Shown here in pieces: positions 27,901 to 39,900 of a stretch of 64,000 nucleotides of DNA (positions within the stretch are counted from its first letter, which is position 1; every line of letters starts with the position of its first letter). Both the position numbers and the translations under genes were made by a program. Below the pieces are notes generated by a model that was not told the origin of the DNA, made no database searches, and saw only the letters and a list, made by a program, of their open reading frames with translations. The stretch lies in the NCBI RefSeq assembly GCF_963676685.1, contig NC_092353.1, positions 67,952,001-68,016,000 of the forward strand, read 5' to 3'. This DNA comes from Mytilus edulis (taxonomy: Eukaryota).

Positions 27901-30900
27901 GCATGCTCACAGTAAAAGGTCGCACGGATAAACACACTGAAGATGTCAGTGCAATGATTCCAAAATTAGCCAAAATCCTAGAAAAATTTCACTTTGAGTG
28001 GCTTGATTATATCAACAACAAGAGACGAGAATATCCTTTATTGAATTTCTTTACAACCGACCAAATTGTGATATTACAACAGCAGTTAGTAAAAATGGGC
28101 ACCTGTGTTGATCCTCCACCCTCAATTTATCCATTACTGTCAGCTGTGAAGAAAGAATGTTCAAGAGATGATCTGATAGCAGCAATGACAGCAGCAAAGA
28201 TACATATTTCTGCATTGGATTCTGGTAGTTCTCTCGATGAAGAAAGCAAACATGCACAGGTTGATGAGGTTGAAAATGAAAGTATACAGGAAATAATCAA
28301 ATGTGGTTTTTCACGATTACTGGCTAAAGAAGCATTGAACAAATGCAAAAGCGTTGAAGATGGTATGGACTTATAAAAGCAACATACATTTATTTAACTT
28401 TACAACGTGATTTTTTTTTATCCATTCTTTTGCTTTATTTATTTTTGTAAGCTCTATTGGTATGTATTAGGTAATATTTTCTTTAAACATATTGAAGTAC
28501 ACAAAGGCAACAGTAGTATACCCCTGTTCAAAAGACATTAATCGATTGAGAAAAAAACAAAAAGCAAATCCGGGATACAACCTTAAACCAAGGGAAACAC
28601 ATCAACTGCAATCATAACACATCGTATTTTTAAGAAAGCATATGTTACTTTTTCGTTACATATTTTCGTAGGTTATGAATATTCTATCTATACCAAGAAC
28701 AACACATGGGTGTTAAATTATTTACCAGTCTTAATATTTATAATTTTATGTGTTACCAATCTATGATGTTTATTATGTAGCAATCGATTGGTGTTATGAT
28801 CATGATGACACCTATACGGAAACCGATGTTATCCAAAGTGAAAGGACTCAAACATCATTTATGGGATGGTTTGACACCGAACATACAATGGCAACATTAA
28901 CTTCCAGTTTAGTTACAGAAATAGATTTAAAAGAGTATGTTTATAGTTAGAATCATCGTTTGAAATTACACACCAACCTTTACGGCGGAAAGCCTATAGT
29001 ATTGAAATTTATATTTGCAATCAACCCTACGTTAATCAAACTGCATAAATCACGTAAAAGGTGGCAGGCAAACTACTTACTTGAAACATTGCATAAAACA
29101 CAACTACTTAAAGAAGAAAATAAATAAAATATAATCTGTAGACCTCAGAAAAAATGCGAAAGTTGCCATGAGAAATTCATAAGTCATAAACAAACAGACA
29201 TGACATAGAAAACAAAAAACACAACCAAAATACAACGACTGTATAAAAGCTTATCTTTAAACAAGACAAATATCTAACGAACCTTACGAAAAGAGCGAAC
29301 TCGTGTGGTTCGAAATGATAAACCGTTTCTGTTCCACTAGTAGCGACCGCCGTGTTTTTCGTATAAAATATTTTATATGTTTCGGTACATTTGATTATGA
29401 CAACAACAAAATGAAATAGGACAAGATTGAGGTCTCCTGGAATATGTTTATTTAATACAATATGAACATATTCTTAATCGCCTGTTTAATGATCAAATAC
29501 CGAAAAATTTGAGCGTATGGAAAATAAAATATTATGTGAACTAAGTTTAATCATCAAGAAATTCATATTTTCGAAATGTAAAAGTTGCCTTTTAAAAAAG
29601 TAGATGTGGTATGATAACCAATGAGACAACTCTCCACAATAGACCCTTAACACTTAATTGTTTAACTATAATAAAAAAAATGTACATTATAGATTTTTTT
29701 AATTGAGATAATTTGTTATTTTACCTGTATTTTTAGTCAAAATGAGTCTAGAAAACTAAAGAAGGCATTGAGGAAGTTGTGGCAGAAATTCCTGCACTCG
29801 ATATCATCAAGTTTGTCAGATTATTTGAGTATTGAACACCTCGGGATAATATTAAATAAACTTAATGAACTTGGTAATAACTTAGATGATGATATATTTT
29901 GTTGAAAAAAATCTTCGCACATATATTCTTAAATTCTGTTTCAATAGACTAAGGTTTAATAAATCCATATACAATTTGACATGTATTACTGGTTTACTGA
30001 CAAATATATGTATATTGTTTAGTAGTGTTACTTTATCATAAAGACCCAATTTTATTTTATTACTAAATATGTCTTTTGTTTGCAAAGTCCTTGTTTGCCA
30101 AGGACTCTGCTTGTCACTTTAATCAATCTTAACATTCAGATCACTGAACAAAACTGAACAACATCTATTATAATGATTGATTTCCATAACTAAAGACAAC
30201 ATCGTCTACATAGGAACAATTTGAATATGAATATTGCCCCTCTTGTCTTGATCAAGTGAACAATTCGGTCGCCATCTATCACTTATTGATAATTCATACC
30301 TTGTTGAAATATTGAAAATGATTTATCTCTTTTTGAGATTTTCACCTTGCAAAGTTTAACATAGTGCATTAAACATTGAAACCTATGTAATCCATGCAAA
30401 GCAATCTTGTTATTAAGAAGATCTAGAGTTCTTAACACATTGACATCAATAATGAGGGTGCTTATAATACATTTTGAAAATTCCTAATAATAAGTGGACT
30501 TTCATTTACATGAAACATATAATAATGTAAGAAAATGATATATTCATCAATATGACTGACCTCAACAACTGAAAGTTAATTTGATAATAAAATTGCTTTC
30601 GGGGTACAGAATACCGTTAGCTGTACTGTCTAAAAAATATTTGCATACTGTGGATTCATTTATTTTAGTGGGTATCAATTTCGTGGATTGGGGAAAAGTT
30701 GCATTTTCGTGGGTATTGAATTTCGTGGTTTTACTAATCCCTGTTTACACATCCTATAGAAAATGTGTAATTTGTTGAACATTTGAATTCGTGGTTCACC
30801 TGTACCCACGAAAACCACGAAAATTGGTATGCAACGAATAATAATGAATCCACGGTATGAAAAATCTAACAAGAATCTGTTTAAATGATATTCTTATTTT

Positions 30901-33900
30901 TTTGTGTATTAATCGATACTACCAAATGATTTCTTAAGTATTAATCGTTTCACAGATTAAGCGTATCTTGTTTTTTTTTATATTTACAGATACTTTTGAA
31001 GTGAACAGAACTATGCAGACGTATCTAAAAGAAGGGGAACCAAACCTCATTATTTGTGAACAATGTAAGTTCGTGTTATTAGTTATAACTTATGCGTTTT
31101 GATAAATAGTAAACCTGTTTCTACCAAAATGGAGTTGACACATTTCTCTCATTTTTTACAACATGTACAATATGCATTAGTAGTTAATATCAAACATATG
31201 AAAACTGAAAGCGTAAGACACGTGTATTTTTAGATTAACCAGACAAAATTCTAAACGGTTGAAATATTTTGTAGGTGACCTTTATAATACACTTTTGTCA
31301 ATATACAGTCATGAATTTGATCAGCCACTACCACAGTCGGATGAGGTTCTCCTGTGCGGATCTGAGACATCATTGGATACGGTGAAAATAAATTTAAGCT
31401 TACTTTAATAGAACAAACTTGGTATGATTACCTATTATACACCGAACTAGATCCTGACATTTCAATTATATGTAGCCGTAGAAAAGCCTTTCCCCTTTCT
31501 GATAAGAATCTTTAAAAAATTATATACCTGCATAAAAATAAAAAAATGTGGTATGATAACGACATGTATCTACCTAGTTCAAATGATGTGGATGTAAGCA
31601 GTTACTCCGTTGAGTTTTGTTCATTTGACAAACTTACATTCATTTGATATTTTCTCTCTCTTAAAGTTACATTGAAATGAATGAAATCACTTAAACACCC
31701 GACTCTTAGCAATGAATGTAGTTGTTAAACTTGATAGATGCTTTTTATACTTCTTTGTTTAATATTTTTTTTCTATCTGATTGAGATTGTGACACACTGA
31801 TGACTGCTTTACCCCTATTTTTACAATTGTTGTCCATTCGTTTGATGTGTTTTATATATTATCAACTACTGTTGCCTTTATTTATCATTAGATTATGCCA
31901 TTTGATTTGGGACTTTCCGTTTTGAGTTTCCCTCGGAGATCAGTATTTTTGTGATTTTACTTTTTTCATGCAATTCCAATTTCCTTTTTAAAAAAGATTA
32001 ACTCGTTATGTTAATGGTATCGATTTGATATGATAAAAAAGGACGCCAACGGTAAATATATGCGGATAATAAAAAAAAGGTTACGAAGTTTAACCAAATT
32101 ACGGAATTCAAGCATAAATTAAACAAGGAGGAAACCCAATAAAATTAACGAGATAAATAGTTAATCTTTCACCAATGAAACGAATACAAGCTTACCCTCC
32201 CTCTTGTTAACATGTCTTAAGTAAATTAAGTTGAGCTTTAAAGTGATACATTATACTCTTGTTTAGGTTGATATATTTTTACGGAGATCTTTATATCATA
32301 CAAGCAATCAAATATATTGCCTCGTAAACGTTGGTCAGCTAGATTATGAAGTGAGCAGTAGAGCGGAGAAAGTTTTGCAAGCATTACTAACAGATGCTGA
32401 ATTCATTGGTAAATATTTCTTATAGAAAAACATAGATATATGGAATAATTCTACTAGATGACGTGGGTGTAAGCAACAATATAAAATATTTTCTCTTGAA
32501 ATCCAAATAATACCACAAACAACATATGGAACAGGATATTCGTTCATTATTATTTGAAAGTAAAAGATTAGAAGTTATAAGGCGGGGATAAAAACACCGC
32601 ACTGAATGTACCGAGAAGTTGACGTATTGCTTATCTTATCTTAAAAAGTGTAGGTTTCGAAAATAATTGCTTTAAACACCATAGGAATAAAGATTCAGAT
32701 CTAGTATCAATTACACATCAATTTTCTTAAAGGTTTATTAACAAAAAAGAAAATAATTTATACTAAAACATATGTTGAATTCTTTAGGAAATTGACATGA
32801 ATTTTGAAGTACACAGTAATTTCTGATTTGAAAATATTCAGTACGGTCGTAATCGAGAATAAGATGCCTAAGAAGAAGAAGAAGAACAAAAAAACTGTAC
32901 TTCTTTCTACTAAATATATTGAATGTCAATAAAACTACTTTTAAGCCATGGAATATAACAACTAACACCTGAGAAAGTTTTCGTTGTTTATCAATTTACC
33001 CAACACTACAGCTGTTGAAATCTTATTTTACATTATAGAAAATCCATTCAGACTTGTTGTAATATGCAGTACTGAAAATGAAAATCATTCGGTTATTTCA
33101 AGAGCATTAGCAAAATATCAGAGACAGCAGCTGCCTATTCACCTGAACAACGTGCGATCTTATGTTCTAACAAAACTGACCTCAGTTTCTACATCACCCT
33201 TCGATATCAAGCATGCCAGCTGTGTTGATTTTGACAAGTGAGACAAGCCACATCTTTATTTAAATTTACTTGAACAATATTATACAGTTAACTCATATTT
33301 ATGACCGATCGAAACGTAACTCCTTTTATTTTACTGTTTCACAAAATTGAGGTATTAGTGGTAAATTGTTAATTTGTCAGTGATTGATTCTAATAAATAC
33401 TTTTTGAATAAGAAACAAGAAATCGGATGCAACGGAATTGTAATCAGTCCGAAACTTAATTTTGAATTGGAAGGCCAAGGACATTGTCATAAATTAATTC
33501 ACTTACAATTCAAGTTTAACAACATCAGCTTGTTTGAAAGAACTTTGTAGTTTGTTTTGTAGTTAACCTTTTTTTAGTTGATTAACAAAAAAAGAGATCA
33601 TCGAGATATTTGTCCATAGAATATCTTACTGTTTATGTATCTGTTCAAGATCAAAGTTCTATAACATTTCTATAGTTTCATGGAATTTAAGACATGTTGA
33701 TAATTGTGACATTACACATTTCTTAATTTCAATACTGTTCGAATACATAATTATGAAGCCTAAATATCACAACTGATAATTTTGATAAACATGGGGATTT
33801 TTTCTAGACATGTCATTCTTAGTCATTCATGTATCTGTTCAAGATCAAAGTTATATAACATTGACTATAATTTCATGGAATTTAAGACATATTGATAATT

Positions 33901-36900
33901 GGAACATTACACATTTCTTAATCAGATTGAAATGAGATTCGAATAGCGGTATACTAATGTTGCCTTTCTTTAACGAAAAATCATTCATTAATCTTAAATC
34001 TCGTTTAAGATGTACGGTGAGAGTTGTTAGATCATCGAGGGCTGGTGTAGGGAAAACCTTATTCAAAGACAGAATGAAAAAGGAAATGAGTAAGGTTTTG
34101 AAACTTACACCAGAAAGCAGACCCCATTGTTTAACTATCCCACTCCATGAGAAGAAAATAAACATAGACGATGTCGTTGCTGTTCTCCTGGATGAAATAC
34201 TCCCACCTCATACACGTTACCCTAGAATATTCCACTTTGATATAGCGCATGAGGTAAATATGAAGTAAAAATTGTCTTCAATAACATTGCAAAAATCAAA
34301 CTCAAATACTTATGAAGTTTAACAAAGCAAATTAAAAGGACATCTACAAGAAAAAGACAATAAATCTTTACACGTCAATGATGTTGTACAGAGTGTGAGT
34401 GTGTTTGTTTGTAGTTGTAAATGTTATTGTCATCATTTCATCAATTTCCACTTATCAATCTAACAAACTAAACTTTTGTAGACAGACAAAGATCAAATAT
34501 CTACAATAAGTGATAATTGTGTTTTCGAACTATGCGCGTGGTTGTCACAAATTCTTTATTAAATTATAAAGACAAATGTCCTGTATTTTAGTTGCCTTAA
34601 TAGGGATTCGCAGAGGGCAATTATAGGAATAACATCTTAAAGTTTGAACAACATATTTGAAGCACAATTTGTGATAGTAAATATGAAAAAAAACTAACGT
34701 CTGTTGACTTTTTTAGGTGCATGACGGTGTCGATGATTTCTTATTCCAATTGCTTATATTAGGCTGTTTACACCACAATTCTGGTTATATTTGGAGAAAA
34801 TCACACATCGATTACTACATAATAGAATCAATGCCTTTGTTGTCAATTGTAGCAGACACCAAGGTAACTTTCAACTTATTTATGAGTTCAATATGCAAAT
34901 CAAAGAGAAAAATCCATCGAAATAATATATATTCAACTTTACGTAAGAATATGTTGCAGGATTATCAAATTCATGGACACAATTCTTTATGCGCAAATGA
35001 AGACAAATGTTCATAACCGCTTACTATCAACTTTCCTTGATTTAGCAAATGAAATTATGTTTCAATATCAGAGGATTAGCTCAAAAATAAGAAAAAGATT
35101 TTCGCTTGAATTCAAATAAACAATAAAAAAATATTGTTTTCTTAATATCTTTTTAGACTTGTTGAATCAAGTTCCTCGATACGGGGTTTGCTAAATGACT
35201 CAATTCTGTACTTGTAACACGCTGTAAATTGAAATGAATTATTTCTATTATATAATTATATAAGTTATGTCGCACATATATTAAAGATTTCTTTTCTAGG
35301 GTGAAAATTATCATAGTATTCACCATTGCCTTGACATTTTACCAAGCATAGTATGTTGTTCTCCATTGGAATCAATCACAATTTTGAAGGGTAGGGAGAA
35401 ACCAAAAGGTTTTACGGAACGGGATAGAATTTTCGACCGCTTTGAATTTGAAAGTACAACTTTTCAAAGACCATACCAGTATTTGAAAAGATTGGATTCT
35501 GATTCGTCCTTACATGATGTAAAGCCTTGTTTAACGGAAGGGGATCAGATTCATTGTCTGGAAACGTTATTGAGGTACTTGATATTAATTGGAAAAATAA
35601 GGTAGCAGTATACGTATTGTTTCAGTAATACAATGTGTTGCATATTTTCTCTAAAATATTGTTTCAACATTACATATGAAACAGGCGCATGTTTTCATGA
35701 GTAAGGTTTCCTCACTTAGTAATAAACAACTTATACATAATATACACATTTTCAAAAGTGTTTTATAATACAGTAAACTGCTTGTTTTAATATTATCTAG
35801 TAAAAAATTAACAAAGGTACAAGAATTTTAAAATTGAACGCTAATAAAAAGGAAAATCACTAAAATACTGAACTCCTTGGAAAATTCAAAACGGATAGTC
35901 CATAATCAAATGGCAAAATCAAAAACCCAACACATCAAACGAATGGATAACAACTGTCATATTACTGACTTGGTACAGGCATTTTCTTAAGTATAAAATA
36001 GTGGAATAAACCTGGTTTTATAGCTATATAAACCTCTCACGTGTATGACAGTCACATCAAATTCAATTATATTTACAACAATGTGTGAACAAAAAAGACA
36101 TTTTAGGTAAAAATGATAAAAAATAGGGGTTCAACAGTCAACTTTGTGTTATAATCTTAATCACATATTATATCATATTTCTCCAGTGAATTTGTGTTTT
36201 TATTTCAGACATTGTGGGATTAAAGATCCCTCATGGGCGGAATTGTACCATTTTGTTAGTTTCCTAGACAAATAGTTACAAGATTTTGAGGTTTCCAATT
36301 TTTGCTGTACTGCTGTACTCGAAGATTTACCGGGATTTCCCCAATTTGTGCTGAAATTTCTCATACAGATGTCACGTGTAAGTATTCCTCGTATTATTTT
36401 AAAAGAATAGTATTTTTTTTATTCCGAAAGATTGTTCATGCAAAGTAAAAAGTATTTATTAGCTGTATTGGCAAAACGTTTTGGAATTTTGATCCTCAAT
36501 GCACTTCAACTTCGTACTTTATTTGGCCTTTTTAACTTTTTAGATTCGAGCGTCCCTGATGAGTCATTTCTAAACGAAACGCGCGTCTGGCGTAAATTAA
36601 GATTTTTATACTGATATCTGTGATGAGTTTATTTCTACCCTTTGTATGCATATCATACATGTTTGAATGAATGTTTTGTTTAGTCTTAATGCAATTCATT
36701 CAGATCTTTAAGATAAATAAATTTTCTTTCAAATGAGGTCAATATTGCATTTTGACAGAAAACGGTTTTTCGGTATTCTATATTTTTCGTTCGTCTCTTT
36801 TTAATTGCTTTAAAAGTTTTGAACATCGGCAAAATACTGAACCCGTTACTGACAAACAAAAACTGCATATGTGTCAATACAAGCTATATAAAAGGTATGA

Positions 36901-39900
36901 ATTAATAGAACTAGGTTTGGTTTTGGTATTATTATAAAAGAGAGGCGAAAGATACCAGAGGGTCATTCAAACTAATAGATAAAAACAAACAATACATTCA
37001 AGGGATCCAAATGAGTTTTATATAATATGGCATAATAAACTATAAACCCTGGTGATTTTTATGGCACATGTAGTTGCCCACAAAGGGATTGGATACAACG
37101 AGTTTAATTAGCAGATTTACCCCTTATTTACATATTTAACATACATATAAATATGTTGTTAAGCAAGCATAATGGACCTTCAGCTTGTAACTATCAACAT
37201 GATGACAATTACATCTAGAGATTGTGCACTTCTCGATACGTTTAAGATATTAAACATATTCTTTGATATTGGAAACTCAGTCTGATTAAAAGGATTGTTT
37301 CCTCAAATACTGAGTTAACTACAGAGTTCATTATTAACCCAACAATCTTTTCAGTATTTGTTTTTACTGAATAAAAATCAGCAGTTTTACAATTTATGCA
37401 ATGTAATGTGTTAGATTTTCTTAATCTGCTGGACACATACTTCTTGTTCATTTTGTTTGCGAATACTATAAATCGTTCAATATATTAAATGCAAATTTGC
37501 AGTAAAATATTGAATTGCTGAGCGTCTTGAAGTGAACTATTGTCGGTTGTGGCAAACCCCTTCTTTTTGTTGTGAAATTTAAACAAATGTTCTGCTTAAA
37601 CTGTCCTTTTTATCATTTTATGTGATCAGGATTTTTCTACAAGATCTTTGAAGATAAGCGAAGAAACGCCCTTAGACATGTTGAAGAAAAATGCAAATGA
37701 TGCTGACAATGCGGCTGAAATACAAGTAGATAATTTTATAGAACTGTATACGATGCGCAGAACCTGGGAAACAAGGTAAAATAAGTCAATGCCAATATGA
37801 GGTTTACTTTTGTGTCTATATTTTTGTGAATTTGATAGACATGTAATTGAGGCCAACTATGTTACGCTTACAGCAAACAAATGGGAAATAACAATAAACA
37901 ACACCAATTTTACTGCATCAGATTCGCATTTCTTTTTTTCTTTTTTTTTTTAATTTTTATTATTATTTTTATTTCAGATTCGCATTTCGACAATTTAAAT
38001 CCCGTCAAAGATGTTCGAAGCCTAAATATTTGAAATAAACACATATAACATATAAACGCTGAAGACTTAATTATAACCACGTTGACCAAATTTGTAGTAA
38101 AATACTAAAAAAGACATGAGAAACATTCCTCAATGTTAAATTATTTCCAAAATTTTAACAGCAAACACAATGAAACTATATATATTTTACTTTGGTACTA
38201 TCGACGTACTTGATATGGTGCTTGAGTACCCATTGAGAGAAACAGTTCACCAAGTAGTAATACTATATAACGGTATCAATTTTTACTGCATCATACATGT
38301 GTATCGAAAACTACAGTTAGCTTTAATGCCAAAATAGTTGAAAACCAGAAACCACGGAACCATGATATTAAGGGACTGTGGAGTATTACAAAAGGGTGGC
38401 AAGGGAAAATAAAGACTGAAAACAAGCATAGTCGCTTTGATGATTTAATTGTGTTTTGAATGCGAGTTGAATATAATGTATACATATATGTATTAAAAAC
38501 TGGTATGTCATACTCAATAGATTTTTTTTCCAGTCCGCATCCATATCTTTTCTTTAACCCCGATGGACACAGTATGACCTTTCTTGGATTCAACATTGAC
38601 AAGAGAACAGGCAATTTAATAGATCTACAGACAAGAAATATTTTAGAGAGAGGCATCATGCGTACAAATCTTTTTGAAGGTTTACGAAGAAACAAAGTCA
38701 ATCTTACAGAAAATTTCGATACACTTCCAAGGTACAGAAAATATAACATATCTTATTAATTTAGAATAATGTTTGTTGAACAAAAAGGAAACAAATATTT
38801 GGGAGCAGATGTACTCAGATACTAAAACAAAACATTAGGCCTGACATAATAAGAACATACACATTGTATAAAAAAGCAATTATCCGTAATTCTACAGTGT
38901 GCGTTTGACCTTACTTCCTAATATTTGTTTAGATCATGGAGAGGACTTGATACTCGAAAAAGAAGGCAATGTTTTTCACGGGCTAGTACATAACCGTCGC
39001 GCGTTCATGTTCATCTGCACCAATTTATCAATGAAATGCAAGCTATTTTATTTTGTTTCTTTTAAAGGCAATAACAGTCAAAACCCAGGCGTAAACAAAG
39101 ACTCACAAAACCAAAGGACATTTACATCAACAGTTATAAATAATAATTAAGAAACAACACGAACTCCACTAAAAACCGGGAATGAAATCAAAATTGTAAC
39201 ACGATGACGACTGCTGTATCCATATTTTGTCTATTTTATTTATTAGGTCGTTTAGTTCACGCATCACTGTACATATAACGGAATTTGACGAGACTGTCAT
39301 ACAAAGTAAGATGTTTAGCGCTATAAAACCATGTTTAATCCACCATTTTCTACATTTGAAATGCCTGTACCAAGTCAGGAATATGACAGGTGTTGTCCAT
39401 TCGTTTTTGATGTGTTTTGTCATTTGGATTTTGCCATGATTAGGGACTTTCCGATTTCAGTATTTTTGTAATTTTACTGTTGATTCATACAACAGAACAA
39501 ATATCTCACCATTTTGTACTAAGTTTTTCTAATTAATTCATTTTAAATCATATTCTCAACCGCAAACACATATCGTTAAAACAAATTGCTGATAAACAGA
39601 ATAATGGCAAATTTGGAAACTGACTCCATCAGCTCGAATTTTAACTCGAACTTTCGGGTTTGCTTGATATTCTTGCTGATAAAGTCAGTATCAACAATCT
39701 ATGTCGCATCATTCTATATATATAAACAAATATATATCTTGACGTTTATAGGACTATCATACAGATGCATATGCATTTTAGTTTTAGAATGTTAACTTTA
39801 TCATGAGATTATTTAAAATGACTGAAAAATAAAATAAAAAAGAGTTGTTGGCTTAGTGTTATTGGTGACTCTATTTTTAATGGCCGTAGTTGTCGTTGTC

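Noticed and set aside
36273-36281. Programmed readthrough or selenocysteine at the internal stop
   Set aside because: The codon is TAG, not TGA, and the context TAG-TTA-CAA matches neither UAG-CARYYA nor UGA-CUAG.
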